A stretch of 64,000 nucleotides of DNA from a bacterium. GTDB taxonomy: Bacteria; Chloroflexota; Dormibacteria; Aeolococcales; Bog-877. Shown here one piece after another: positions 54,303 to 64,000 of this stretch. The translations under genes were made by a program, and so were the position numbers. The stretch covers positions 17,681 to 81,680 of the forward strand of contig JAKABB010000002.1 of the NCBI GenBank assembly GCA_021802045.1, read 5' to 3'. How positions within the stretch are numbered: the first letter of the stretch is position 1; each line of letters begins with the position of its first letter. The notes below the pieces were generated by a model, which worked only from the letters and a program-made list of their open reading frames with translations, did no database searches and was not told the DNA's origin.

Positions 54303-54818
54303 CTACAAGCCCCGCCCCGAGGGGCCGCCGGGGTCGTCGAGGTCCGGCAGGTCCATGCTGTTGATCATCTCCTGGAACACCTTGAGGCGCTCCGCCTCGC
54401 CGTCACCGGGCATCTCCGGCAGCACCGCCGCCTTGTCGAGGACGTCCCGCTCGACGTAGATCGGCGAGCCCAGCCGCACCGCCAGGGCGATGGCGTCGCT
54501 GGGCCGGGCGTCGAGGTCCACCTGGCGCCCGTCGCAGCGCCCCACGATGCGGGCGAAGAAGACGTCGTTGCTGAGCGAGGTGACGACGATCCGGGTGACC
54601 TGCACCTTGAGGTCGCTGAAGACGTTCACCAGCAGATCGTGGGTGATCGGACGCTCGGGCTGGATGCCGGTGATCTTGATGGCGATGGCGTTGGCCTCGG
54701 CCACCCCGATCCAGATCGGCAGGTAGCGCTCGGTGTCCCGCTCCTTGAGGATCACCACGTGCTGGCCGGTCGGCATATGCACCCGGATGCTGTCGACGGC
54801 CATCTCGACGAGATCCAT
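54303..54818 (-). CDS. Bifunctional nuclease family protein (DUF151)
   Basis: LPIWIG..EA.AI, RPITHDL, DARPSDAIALA. Confidence 0.92.
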   Translation of the reverse strand: MDLVEMAVDSIRVHMPTGQHVVILKERDTERYLPIWIGVAEANAIAIKITGIQPERPITHDLLVNVFSDLKVQVTRIVVTSLSNDVFFARIVGRCDGRQVDLDARPSDAIALAVRLGSPIYVERDVLDKAAVLPEMPGDGEAERLKVFQEMINSMDLPDLDDPGGPSGRGL

Positions 54819-54998
54819 CTCGGCACCTCTACCCCGAAGCGGCCGGCCACCTGCCGGTGGGGCCGCCCCACCCCGCTGCGGATCGGGCTGGGCCCGCGCC
54901 GACGACCTCCCTGCATCATACCGTCGGCTCCCGGACGTCGCCGCCCCCCGTCACCGGGGCGGGCCGCGCCCCCTCTCGCGGCGGCGATAATGCCCGCC

Positions 54999-57734
54999 AT
55001 GGCGCTGCCCCGGGGAGACGGTACCCGACCGCGACTGCTCCTGGTCGACGGGCATGCCCTGGCCTTCCGGGCCTTCTACGCCATCTCCGCGCTGACGGAC
55101 GACCGCGGCCAGCCGGTCCAGGCCGCCTACGGCTTCACCGCCATGCTGCTCTCGGCGCTGGCGGCCGGGTTCGAGTACGGGGTGGCCGCGTTCGACCCCC
55201 CGGGGCCGACCTTCCGCGATGGGATGTACCCCGAGTACAAGGCCCAGCGGCAGCATCCGCCCGAGGAGTTCTCGGTCCAGGTGCCGACCTGCCGCCGGCT
55301 GGCCGAGCGGCTCGGCCTCCCGGTGGTGGAGGTGCCCGGGTTCGAGGCCGACGACGTAATCGGCACCCTCAGCCAGCAGGCGGAGGCCGCCGGGTGGGAC
55401 ACGGTCATCCTGACATCCGACCTCGACGCGCTCCAGCTGGTGACGGCGCACACCGTGGTGCAGGCCAGCCGCCGCGGCCTGAGCGACACCGTGATCTATG
55501 ACCCCCCGGCCGTGCGCGAGCGCTTCGGTCTGGACCCGGCGCGGATCATCGACTTCAAGGCCCTCCGGGGGGACGCCAGCGACAACCTCCCCGGCGTGCC
55601 GGGGGTGGGGGAGAAGACCGCCACCCGCCTGCTGCAGCAGCACCAGGATCTGGAGGGCGTGCTGGCCGCGGTCCCCGGGATGCCCCCCGGGCGACTCCGG
55701 AGCGCGCTGGAGGCCCACGCCGCCGACGCCCGCCTTGGCCAGGAGCTGGTGACCATCGTCCGCGATGTCCCCGGCGTGTCCCTGGCCGCGGTGGCGACCC
55801 CCCTGGCGGGCTACGACCGCGCTGCGGCCGCGGCGGCGTTGCGGGACGCTGGCCTGCCCAGCCTGATCAGCCGCCTGCCGGCCGGGGGGGCGGCGACGCC
55901 CACGGCCCCCCCGGCGGAGCTGGCGGTCGAGATCGTGCGCGACCCGGCCGGCCTGGACGCGGCGGTGGCGGCGGTGCGGGCGGCCGGCCAGGTCGCGATC
56001 CGGACGGTCGTCGACGAGCCCGCGCGCCGTGGGCACCTGGTCGGCCTGGCGATGGCCGTGGACCCGACCCACGCCTTCTACTGCGTCCTGGACCGCGGGG
56101 AGGGGGCGCTGCTGGACCGGATCGCCATCGACCCGCTGCTGTCCCTGCTGCAGGACCCCACCGTGGCCCTGACCGGGTACCACCTGAAGGGAGACCTGCT
56201 GGCCTGGCGGGCGCACGGCGTCCGGCTGCGCGGCATCGCCTTCGACTGTGTCCTGGCCAGCTACCTGACGGATTCCCGAGTGCGGACCTCCACCCTCCAG
56301 GAGTTGGTCGGCCAGCAGGGGGGCGGGGACCTGGCGCCGGAGGCCGAGCCCGGCGGTCGGCGCGGGAGACCGGCCCAGCCGTCGACGCTGGAGCTCCCGG
56401 CCGCGGCGGCACGCTTTTGTCGGGAGGCGGCCGCCGTCACGGCCCTCCAGCCGGCACTGGCCGAGGCGCTCCGGGCCCAGGGCGCCTGGGAGCTGCTGGT
56501 CGACCTCGAGCTGCCGCTCCTCCCGGTCCTGGCCGATCTCGAGGCCACCGGGATCCAGGTCGAGGTCGATCGGCTGTCCGACCTCGGGACGGAGCTGGGC
56601 CAGCAGATCGACGACCTGGAGGCTGGCATCTACGCCGCTGCCGGGCGGCGCTTCACCATCGGCTCGCCCCAGCAGCTCGCCCAAGTGCTCTACGACGAGA
56701 TGGGGTTCGCCAGCGGCCGCCGGACCAAGACCGGGCGGTCCACCGACGCCCAGGCACTGGAGGCGCTGCGGGGCGCGCATCCGATCGTGGAGCAGCTGCT
56801 GGCGTGGCGCCAGCTGACCAAGCTCAAGAGCACCTACGTCGACAGCCTGCCCCAGCTGGTCGACCCGCAGGACGGCCGGGTCCACACCAGCTTCAACCAG
56901 GCCGTGGCGGCCACCGGCCGGCTCTCCTCCAGCGACCCCAACCTCCAGAACATCCCGATCCGCACCGAGGTCGGCCGCCGGATCCGCGCTGCCTTCGTGC
57001 CGGGAGATCCCGGCTGGCGCCTGGTGTCGGCGGACTACTCCCAGGTCGAGCTGCGGGTGCTGGCCCACCTCAGCGAGGACCCCGGTCTGCTGGCGGCCTT
57101 TGCCGCCGGCACCGACATCCACCGCCGCACCGCGGCCGAGGTCTTCGAGGTCCCGGAGGCGGCGGTGACCCCCGACCAGCGCCGGATGGCCAAGATCGTC
57201 AACTTCGGTGTCCTCTACGGCCTTTCCCCCTTCGGCCTGTCGCGGGACCTGAACATCCCGGCGGAGGCCGCCGGGGCCTTCATCGAGCGCTACTTCGCGA
57301 CCTTCCCCCGGGTGCGGGCCTATCTGGACGGGGTCAGGGCGGCGGCCCGGGCGGACGGCTACGTGGTCACCCTCCTGGGCCGGCGCCGGCACCTGCGGGA
57401 CATCAACGCCCACAACCGCCAGCTGCGGGAGGCCAGCGAGCGGATGGCCATCAACCACCCGGTGCAGGGCTCGGCCGCCGACATCATGAAGCGCGGCATG
57501 CTGCGGGCGGCCGAGGCCCTGAGCGGTGGTGGCCTGCGAGCCCGCATGCTGCTGCAGGTGCACGACGAACTGGTCTTCGAGGCGCCGGCCGAGGAGGTGG
57601 TGGCCGTGGGCGAGCTGGCCCGCCAGGCGATGGAGGGGGCGGCGGCCCTGCGCGTGCCGCTGGTGGTGGACCTCAAGGCCGGCCCGAACTGGCGCGACCT
57701 GGAACCGCTGGAGGCGGCCTCCCACCGTGCCTGA
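54999..57734 (+). CDS. polA: DNA polymerase I
   Basis: LVDG, EADD, GDASDN, TGRLSS..PNLQNIP, DYSQVELR, NFGVLYG, QVHDEL; GATAAT 7 nt before ATG. Confidence 0.98.
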   Translation: MALPRGDGTRPRLLLVDGHALAFRAFYAISALTDDRGQPVQAAYGFTAMLLSALAAGFEYGVAAFDPPGPTFRDGMYPEYKAQRQHPPEEFSVQVPTCRRLAERLGLPVVEVPGFEADDVIGTLSQQAEAAGWDTVILTSDLDALQLVTAHTVVQASRRGLSDTVIYDPPAVRERFGLDPARIIDFKALRGDASDNLPGVPGVGEKTATRLLQQHQDLEGVLAAVPGMPPGRLRSALEAHAADARLGQELVTIVRDVPGVSLAAVATPLAGYDRAAAAAALRDAGLPSLISRLPAGGAATPTAPPAELAVEIVRDPAGLDAAVAAVRAAGQVAIRTVVDEPARRGHLVGLAMAVDPTHAFYCVLDRGEGALLDRIAIDPLLSLLQDPTVALTGYHLKGDLLAWRAHGVRLRGIAFDCVLASYLTDSRVRTSTLQELVGQQGGGDLAPEAEPGGRRGRPAQPSTLELPAAAARFCREAAAVTALQPALAEALRAQGAWELLVDLELPLLPVLADLEATGIQVEVDRLSDLGTELGQQIDDLEAGIYAAAGRRFTIGSPQQLAQVLYDEMGFASGRRTKTGRSTDAQALEALRGAHPIVEQLLAWRQLTKLKSTYVDSLPQLVDPQDGRVHTSFNQAVAATGRLSSSDPNLQNIPIRTEVGRRIRAAFVPGDPGWRLVSADYSQVELRVLAHLSEDPGLLAAFAAGTDIHRRTAAEVFEVPEAAVTPDQRRMAKIVNFGVLYGLSPFGLSRDLNIPAEAAGAFIERYFATFPRVRAYLDGVRAAARADGYVVTLLGRRRHLRDINAHNRQLREASERMAINHPVQGSAADIMKRGMLRAAEALSGGGLRARMLLQVHDELVFEAPAEEVVAVGELARQAMEGAAALRVPLVVDLKAGPNWRDLEPLEAASHRA

Positions 57735-58551
57735 GCTGCCCGAGGTGGAGACCATCGTCCGCGACCTGCGGCCCCACCTGGTCGGGGCGACCGTGGCGGC
57801 GGTGGAGGTCGGTCACCCTTCGGTCGTCCGCCACCCCGGGCTGGCCGAGTTCCTGCGCGCCCTGCCGGGCCGGCGGATCGAGCGCTGCCAGCGGCGGGCC
57901 AAGTTCATCGCCCTCAGGCTGGACGGCCCGGGCAGCCTGTTCGTCCACCTGGGGATGAGCGGCACCCTGACGCTGGATCGGCCCGAGGTGCCGGCCCGGC
58001 CGCACACCCATGTGCGCCTGCGCCTGGGCTCCGGAGCCGAGCTCCGCTACGTCGACCCCCGTCGCTTCGGCCGCCTGATGCTGGGCACGCCGCCCGAGCT
58101 GCGCGCCGCCGGCCAGCTGCCGCCCCTGGGGATCGAGCCGCTCAGCCCGCGCTTTACCGCCGAGCGGCTGGGGGCCGTCCTGGCGTCCACGCGGCGGCCA
58201 CTGAAGGCCGTGCTCCTGGACCAGGCGCGGATCGCTGGCTGCGGCAACATCTACACGGACGAGTCATGCTTCCTGGCCCGGGTCCACCCCGCCCGGCCCG
58301 CCGCCGGGCTGCGGCCACGCGAGGTGCGTCGCCTGCGGGACGCCATCCGAGTCGTCCTGCGGAAGGCGATCCGCAACCGTGGCAGCTCGATCGCCGACTA
58401 CCGGGACGGCTTCGGGGCCCGGGGTGCAGCCCACGAGTCGCTCTTGGTCTACGGCCGTGGGGGTGCTCCGTGCGTCCGCTGTGGCCTGCCGCTGGCCCAG
58501 AGCACGGTCGCCGGCCGCACCACCGTCTACTGCCGGGGATGCCAGGCGTGA
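57727..58551 (+). CDS. mutM: Formamidopyrimidine-DNA glycosylase
   Basis: PELPEVE, HLGMSG, DPRRFG, GNIYTDE, C-terminal zinc finger. Confidence 0.97.
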   Translation: MPELPEVETIVRDLRPHLVGATVAAVEVGHPSVVRHPGLAEFLRALPGRRIERCQRRAKFIALRLDGPGSLFVHLGMSGTLTLDRPEVPARPHTHVRLRLGSGAELRYVDPRRFGRLMLGTPPELRAAGQLPPLGIEPLSPRFTAERLGAVLASTRRPLKAVLLDQARIAGCGNIYTDESCFLARVHPARPAAGLRPREVRRLRDAIRVVLRKAIRNRGSSIADYRDGFGARGAAHESLLVYGRGGAPCVRCGLPLAQSTVAGRTTVYCRGCQA

Positions 58552-59660
58552 GGCCGTCGCCGCCGACCCCACCCGGGGGCGCGGGGCCGGACCCGGTGAT
58601 CCTGCTGGCCTACGACGACCGCCCGCCGATCGGCGGCCAGGGGACCTACCTCCTCGGTCTGGAGGAGCACCTGCCCGCGGCCGGTGTCCCGGTCCGCGTG
58701 TGCAGCGCCCGCCGGGGCCCGGCGGGCCCGCGCTGGCAGGTGCCCCAGATCACCGGGCGAGCCCCGCTCGACTTCTCCATCTGGCTCCGCTGGCGCCTGC
58801 CGGCGGTGGCCCGGGCCTGGCACCCGCGGGCCTGGCACGCGCTCGGGGGCCCGGGTGGCGTCCTGCTGACCGCTCCCCCCCCGGGTGCACCCCTTGTGTA
58901 CTCGGCCAACCACACCTACCACACCGCCCATCGGGGGCGGTGGGCCGCCCGGCCGCTGATGGCCCTGGAGGCGCGGGGGTACCGGGCCGCGGAGGCCCTG
59001 ATCGCCATCTCCCCGTCCACCGCGCAGTCCCTGGTGGAGGACTACGGGGTGCGCCCGGACCGCATCGCGGTGATCCCGCCCGGCATCGACACTGGGCTCT
59101 TCCACCCATGCCCGCCGGGGGAGCCGCAGGCCGCGACCGTGCTCTACGTCGGACGCCTGGCCCGCGAGAAGGGCGTGCTGGCCTTCCTGCGGCTGGCGGA
59201 GGGGCTGCTCCAGGAGCGGCCCGAGGCTCGGGTCTGGATCTGCGGCGACGGGCCCGAGCGGTCCCGGGTCCGACAGCTGGCCGCGCGATGGCCGGGGCGG
59301 GTCGCCAGCCCCGGACGGGTCGACGACGAGACCCTGGCCGACCGCCTGCGCCGGGCCACCGTCGTGGTCATGCCCTCGGCGTACGAGGGGCTGGGGCTGG
59401 TGGCTCTGGAGGCCCTGGCCTCGGCCACCCCGGTCGTGGGCCACGACGTCCCCGGGCTGCGCGACCTGGCCGCGGCCGGCGTGGTGCTCGCGCGGCCCGG
59501 CGACCCTGGGCTGCTGGCGCGGGCGGTGAGGGAGCTGCTGGACGACCCCGCCCGGCGGACGGCCCTGGGGATGCGGGGCCGGCAGTACGTCGAGCAGCAT
59601 CACAGTTGGGCCCAGCTGAGCGTGGCCGTGGCCGAGGTCTACCGCGCCGTCACGCCGTGA
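58548..59660 (+). CDS. Glycosyltransferase family 4 (GT-B)
   Basis: VIPPGID, LYVGRLAREKG, GDGP, PSAYEGLGLVALEA. Confidence 0.9.
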   Translation: MRPSPPTPPGGAGPDPVILLAYDDRPPIGGQGTYLLGLEEHLPAAGVPVRVCSARRGPAGPRWQVPQITGRAPLDFSIWLRWRLPAVARAWHPRAWHALGGPGGVLLTAPPPGAPLVYSANHTYHTAHRGRWAARPLMALEARGYRAAEALIAISPSTAQSLVEDYGVRPDRIAVIPPGIDTGLFHPCPPGEPQAATVLYVGRLAREKGVLAFLRLAEGLLQERPEARVWICGDGPERSRVRQLAARWPGRVASPGRVDDETLADRLRRATVVVMPSAYEGLGLVALEALASATPVVGHDVPGLRDLAAAGVVLARPGDPGLLARAVRELLDDPARRTALGMRGRQYVEQHHSWAQLSVAVAEVYRAVTP

Positions 59661-59718
59661 GGGCCGGGGGCGTCCCCCGCCGGCGATGCCGCTCGGATCC
59701 GGCCGTAGAATCCGCGCC

Positions 59719-60237
59719 ATGGCCAGTCCTGCGGATCCCGCCGCCACCGGCAACCCGGGCGACCTGGTGGTCGCCGGCACCGCCCGCGTGCTGGCCCTGG
59801 CCGTCACCTGGCTGGCATGGGACGGGACGCCCCGTCTCACCGAGGACGGGGCGCGCCTCTATACGCCCAACAAGGCGATCCGCCGCTACGCCGACCATCT
59901 CGTCGACCACCTGGCCGAGGTCGAGGCCCTCCTGGCGGGCGAGGAGTCGGAGCCGGATCGCTGGCACGCCAGCGCCGTGACGCTCGCCAGCGACCTGGCC
60001 CCGTTCGCCCAGGCCGACCTCAACGAGGCCCGCGAGCGCCTCGGGCGCCTGGCCCTCACCTGGCAGCGCCGCCTGCGCATGGCCGGGGCCCCGGAGTGGG
60101 ACCGGCCCCGGGGCTCGCACTGGACGGTGCGCCAGCTGGCGGAGCACGTGGCCGACCCGTGGTACGCCGAGCAGCTCGGCGACCTCGGCGCCGGCCCTGC
60201 CCAGCCGGAGAGCGGGGCTGGCCCGGCGGTCAGATGA
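59719..60237 (+). CDS. Hypothetical protein, possibly DinB-like four-helix fold
   Basis: YTPNKAIRR..DHLVDHLAE, WTVRQLAEH; TAGAAT 7 nt before ATG. Confidence 0.65.
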   Translation: MASPADPAATGNPGDLVVAGTARVLALAVTWLAWDGTPRLTEDGARLYTPNKAIRRYADHLVDHLAEVEALLAGEESEPDRWHASAVTLASDLAPFAQADLNEARERLGRLALTWQRRLRMAGAPEWDRPRGSHWTVRQLAEHVADPWYAEQLGDLGAGPAQPESGAGPAVR

Positions 60238-61396
60238 ACGTGGTCTCCGGCTCCCCCCCGCCGGTCAGCCGCCGCTGGGGATCGAACGCCGACAGGTCGA
60301 TCTCGGAGCGCCCGGTCGCCAGCAGCTGAGCCACCAGCGCCCCTACCGCCGGGGCCTGCTGGAAGCCGTGGCCGGAGAAGCCGGAGGCGCACCAGAGGCC
60401 CGCGGGCTCGGCCGCCGGCCCCACGAACGGCTGGTGGTCGGGGGTGACCTCGTACAGCCCGGCCCAGGCGGTCCGGATCCCCACCTCCACCAGCGGGGGG
60501 GCCCGCCGCGCGGCCACCGGCTGGATCCGCTCCAGCAGGCTCCAGTCCACCTCGGTCGCGAAGGTGGACTGCTCGTCGCGCTCGCCCATGCCGAAGAGCA
60601 CCCCGTCGCCCTCCGGGTGGAAGTAGAACGAGGTGGCGAGGTCGATGGTCATCGGGGTCTCCCGGGAGACCTGGCGGCAGCCGTCGCCGACGAAGATGTG
60701 CCGTGGGTAGGGCGCCACCGGGAGGGCGAATCCGGCCGTGGCGGCGATCGCCGCCGACCAGGCGCCGGCGCAGTTGAAGACCAAAGGGGCGGCGATCGGC
60801 CCGGCGGCGGTCTCGACGCCGGTCACCCGGCCGCCGCGGACGGTGATGGAGTGGGCGGCCACCCCGGTGCGCACCGTGGCCCCCAGCCGCCGGGCGGCGG
60901 CGGCGTACCCCGCCGTCACGTCGCTGGGGCTGGCGATGCCATCGGTCGGGCAGAAGGTCCCGCCCAGGAGGCCGGCGGTGGAGATGGCGGGCGAGAGGGC
61001 CTGGGCCTCGGCGGGGGTGACCCAGCGGGCCTCGGCCAGTCCCAGGCGGTGCCACATCGCCAGCTGCCGACGGAAGGAGGCCACCTGTTCCTCGGTGCTG
61101 AGCAGGAGCAGATAGCCGATCTGGCGGAACCCCGCCGGCGTGCCGACCTCCTCCTCGAAGCGCTGGAGCATCCCCACCGACAGCTGCCCGATGCGCACGT
61201 TGGTCTCCGAGGAGAACTGCTGCCGCACCCCGCCGGCACAGCGGCCGGTGGACTGGGCCCCGAGCTCGCCGCGCTCGCACAGGGTCACCCGCAGGCCGGC
61301 GCGGGCCAGGTGGTAGGCGATGGAGCACCCGATGACGCCGCCGCCGACGATGACCGCGTCCGCCGTCTCCGGCCCGCGCGGCTGGATCACGGCCAC
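60230..61396 (-). CDS. FAD-dependent oxidoreductase (DAO/sarcosine oxidase beta-like)
   Basis: IVGGGVIG, STGRCAGG.RQQF, WAGLYEVTPD, GFSGHGF. Confidence 0.9.
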   Translation of the reverse strand: MAVIQPRGPETADAVIVGGGVIGCSIAYHLARAGLRVTLCERGELGAQSTGRCAGGVRQQFSSETNVRIGQLSVGMLQRFEEEVGTPAGFRQIGYLLLLSTEEQVASFRRQLAMWHRLGLAEARWVTPAEAQALSPAISTAGLLGGTFCPTDGIASPSDVTAGYAAAARRLGATVRTGVAAHSITVRGGRVTGVETAAGPIAAPLVFNCAGAWSAAIAATAGFALPVAPYPRHIFVGDGCRQVSRETPMTIDLATSFYFHPEGDGVLFGMGERDEQSTFATEVDWSLLERIQPVAARRAPPLVEVGIRTAWAGLYEVTPDHQPFVGPAAEPAGLWCASGFSGHGFQQAPAVGALVAQLLATGRSEIDLSAFDPQRRLTGGGEPETTFI

Positions 61397-61554
61397 CGGT
61401 GCCCGCCTGGACGAGGGGTGGCGCGGGCGGCGGAGAGGGGTGGCATCGGCAGCACGATGGTATCGGAGCGCGGTCCCGGGCCCGGGACCGCTCGGGCCGC
61501 TAGACTGCGGCCGTCATGCCCCGGCCGGCTCCCCTCATCCGATCGGCCCCGGGC

Positions 61555-62805
61555 GTGACCACCCCACCGGTGGTCGTGGTCGGGGGCGGCATCGTCGGCG
61601 TCCTGACCGCCTTGGAACTGCGGCGCGCGGGCGCCACCGTCACCCTCCTGGAGCGCGGCCGCATCGGGGAGGGGGCCTCCTACGGGAACGCGGGGCTGCT
61701 GGTGCCCGGCGACCCCTGGCCCCTGGCCCGGCCCGCCGCCGTCGTCGAGGGGCTGCGGGCGCTGGTCGGGCGCAGCAGCGCCCTGACCGTGCGCTGGCGG
61801 GCGCCGGGGGTGGTCCCCTGGGTGGGCCGCTTCCTGCTCGCGTCCCGCCCCGGGGCCGCGCTGCGGACCGGTCGCCTGGTCCACGCCCTGGCGGCGGAGA
61901 GCTTGGCCCGGTACCAGGAGCTGCTGCCCGAGCCGCTGGGCGCCGCCTGCGGCTTGACCCGGCGCGGCTGGCTCCACGTCCACCGGTCGCCGGGCAGCCT
62001 GGCCGCCGGGGTGCGCCAGGCGCGGGCCGCCGGGAGGCTCGGAGAGGCGTGGCGCCTGCTGGACGGGCCCGCGCTGGCGCGCGAGGAGCCCGCCCTGACC
62101 GGTCCCCTGGCCGGGGCCATCCTCTATCCGGGGGACCAGGGGTTGCGCTCGTACCCGCTGGTGCAGGCCTGCGCCGCCCAGGCCGCGGCTGAGGGCGTGT
62201 GCGTGCGCCCGGGCGCCGCGGCCTGGGCCCTGCGCGTCCGCGGGGGACGGGTCACGGGGGTCGTGGGGGACTTCGGCGAGCTGCAGGCGTCCCACGTGGT
62301 GGTGGCCGCCGGCGCCGACAGCGCGACGCTGCTGCGGCCCCTGGGCGTCCGCCTGCCCATCCTGTCGGGCCGGGGCCACAGCCTGACGTTCACCGCCGCC
62401 GATGGGGTCCCCTCCCGCCCGCTCCACCTGGTGGACAGCCACCTGGTGGTCGCGTCGGCGCTGGGGTCGGTCCGCATCTCTGGGGGCATGGACCTGGGGA
62501 TCGGCGAGGCCCGGCTGGACCCGGCACGCCTGGCCGCCATCTGGACCGAGTGCCAGCGGTGGCTCCCCGGGCTCCGGCCCGCCGGGCCGGTGGAGGAGTG
62601 GTGCGGCCGACGCCCCATGACCCCCGATGGGCGGCCGGTGATCGGCCCGGTGCGCGGCGCCCCCAACGTGCTCGTGGCCTCCGGCCACGGCATGCTGGGG
62701 GTGACCCTGGCCCCGATCACGGCCCGGCTGATCGCCCGCTGCCTGGGCGAGGCGCGTCCGCCGGTGGAACTGGGCCCGTTCCTCCCTCGGGGACGTGCCC
62801 TATAG
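61555..62805 (+). CDS. D-amino acid dehydrogenase-like FAD oxidoreductase
   Basis: VGGGIVG, ASYGNAG, W.G.RPMTPDG.P.IG, GHGMLG.TL; start 61516 or 61555. Confidence 0.88.
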   Translation: MTTPPVVVVGGGIVGVLTALELRRAGATVTLLERGRIGEGASYGNAGLLVPGDPWPLARPAAVVEGLRALVGRSSALTVRWRAPGVVPWVGRFLLASRPGAALRTGRLVHALAAESLARYQELLPEPLGAACGLTRRGWLHVHRSPGSLAAGVRQARAAGRLGEAWRLLDGPALAREEPALTGPLAGAILYPGDQGLRSYPLVQACAAQAAAEGVCVRPGAAAWALRVRGGRVTGVVGDFGELQASHVVVAAGADSATLLRPLGVRLPILSGRGHSLTFTAADGVPSRPLHLVDSHLVVASALGSVRISGGMDLGIGEARLDPARLAAIWTECQRWLPGLRPAGPVEEWCGRRPMTPDGRPVIGPVRGAPNVLVASGHGMLGVTLAPITARLIARCLGEARPPVELGPFLPRGRAL

Positions 62806-62873
62806 TTCCGAGCTACCGTCGGGCGCCTCGGTGCCACGTGACGGGAACCGAGTAGCCATGGGGGTGATTGCAG

Positions 62874-64000
62874 ATGGTCGGGTTTCGGGTTCCTGGGAGT
62901 GGCCGCCTGGCGGCTCTGGCCGTCTCCGGGGCGCTGGCGCTGGTGGTGGCGGGCTGCGGGGCCGCCCCTAGCGGCGGCGGTGGTGGCAAGGCGCCGCTGG
63001 TGATCGGCTTCGCCAGCCCCCTCACCGGGGCCGAGGCCACCTACGGGGTCAGTGACCTGCACGCGATCCAGATGGCCGCGGCCCAGGTCAACGCCGCCGG
63101 TGGAGCGGCCGGCCACCGGATCAAGCTGATCACCTGCGACACCAAGGCCGACCCGGCCACCGGTGTCAGCTGCGCCCACCTGTTCGTGTCCCAGAACGTC
63201 AACGCCGTCATCGGCTTCTTCAACTCGACGATCTCCATCCCCGGCTCGGCCATCCTCCACGCCGCCGGCATCCCGATGGTCACCGGGGCCTCGACCAACC
63301 CCAAGCTCACCGAGCAGGGCTTCAAGAACGTGTTCCGGGTCTGCGGCACGGACAACTTCCAGGGGCTGGTGGAGGCGGAGTACGCGTACAACGTGCTCCA
63401 CGCCCGCACCGCGGTGGCGATCAACGACGAGGAGACCTACGGCGAGGGCGTCAGCCAGTACTTCGCTCAGAACTTCAAGCGGCTGGGCGGCCGGATCCTC
63501 TCCACCCAGGGGGTGAGCGCCACCGCCACCGACTTCAGCTCGGTGCTGACCCAGATCAAGGGCCTGCACCCGGCGGTCATCCAGTTCGGCGGCTTCAATC
63601 CCGCGGCCGGCCTGCTGGTCAAGCAGGCGAGAGGCCTGGGGATCACCGCCCCCTTCATCTCCGATGACGGCACCATCGGCCCGCTCTTCTTCCAGACCGG
63701 CGGCAGCGCCACCGTGGGTAGCTACCTCTCCAGCGAGCCGGCCCCGCAGGACCTGCCCACCTCCCGCGCCTTCGTGAGCGCCTACGTGCACCGGTACGGC
63801 AACCAGCCCACCGAGTTCGCCGGCTACAACTACGACGCCCTCAACGTGATCGCCCAGGCGGTCCGCGCCGACGGCGGCTCCGTGGGCCCGGCCGCGATCA
63901 TCCGGGGCCTGAGCGGCATCCACAGCTACCACGGCATCACCGGGGTCATCAACTTCGACAGCGTGGGCAACAACGTGACGCCCCAGTACCTCATCTACCA
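62874..64000 (+). CDS. Branched-chain amino acid ABC transporter substrate-binding lipoprotein (LivK-like; 3' truncated)
   Basis: Hand translation: lipobox VAGC, IG...PLTG, NAAGG, D.KADP, STNP.LT, FRVC..D..QG; runs off the window. Confidence 0.9.
   Translation, partial: MVGFRVPGSGRLAALAVSGALALVVAGCGAAPSGGGGGKAPLVIGFASPLTGAEATYGVSDLHAIQMAAAQVNAAGGAAGHRIKLITCDTKADPATGVSCAHLFVSQNVNAVIGFFNSTISIPGSAILHAAGIPMVTGASTNPKLTEQGFKNVFRVCGTDNFQGLVEAEYAYNVLHARTAVAINDEETYGEGVSQYFAQNFKRLGGRILSTQGVSATATDFSSVLTQIKGLHPAVIQFGGFNPAAGLLVKQARGLGITAPFISDDGTIGPLFFQTGGSATVGSYLSSEPAPQDLPTSRAFVSAYVHRYGNQPTEFAGYNYDALNVIAQAVRADGGSVGPAAIIRGLSGIHSYHGITGVINFDSVGNNVTPQYLIY

Noticed and set aside
55950..56500. PolA proofreading domain lacking acidic Exo I residues
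   Set aside because: An inactive 3'-5' exonuclease domain is common in Gram-positive-type PolA

Overview
A very GC-rich bacterial chromosomal segment, mostly core genes. Gene order and protein style point to a Terrabacteria lineage, most plausibly Chloroflexota-related such as Ca. Dormibacterota (inference only). Layout: 1-15.9 kb holds the S10-spc-alpha ribosomal superoperon (rplD to rplQ, truA, rplM, rpsI), including a divergent IF-1. 16-30 kb holds argF, cdaA-cdaR (no glmM), glmS, an AcpS-NnrD fusion, a MurF-like-Alr fusion, thiE-thiS-thiG-thiL and tsaE-tsaB-rimI-tsaD. 30.6-47.7 kb holds CIRCE-groES-groEL, a nitrilase-family gene, pcrA, ligA, gatCAB, an RlmD-type methyltransferase, dnaE and a HAD hydrolase. 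47.7-50.9 kb (minus strand) holds dedA with a coupled upstream ORF, yggT and an ArsR-glutaredoxin-second GroES-OsmC cluster. 51.56-54.24 kb is a decayed ~2.6 kb integrative element in tRNA-Leu(CAA). Its att architecture is readable, it carries hicB-hicA (hicA frameshifted in a G8 run), and its tyrosine integrase pseudogene has the catalytic HDLR motif split by a perfect 26-bp palindrome. 54.3-64 kb holds a DUF151 nuclease, polA-mutM-GT4, a hypothetical gene, two divergent FAD oxidoreductases and a truncated LivK-like lipoprotein. No rRNA or CRISPR array was seen. The best candidates for something undescribed are the palindromic scar in the integrase, the ArsR-Grx-GroES-OsmC module, the AcpS-NnrD fusion and the possibly phase-variable hicA. 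All calls come from recognising motifs by eye; no database searches were run, and several start codons are uncertain.
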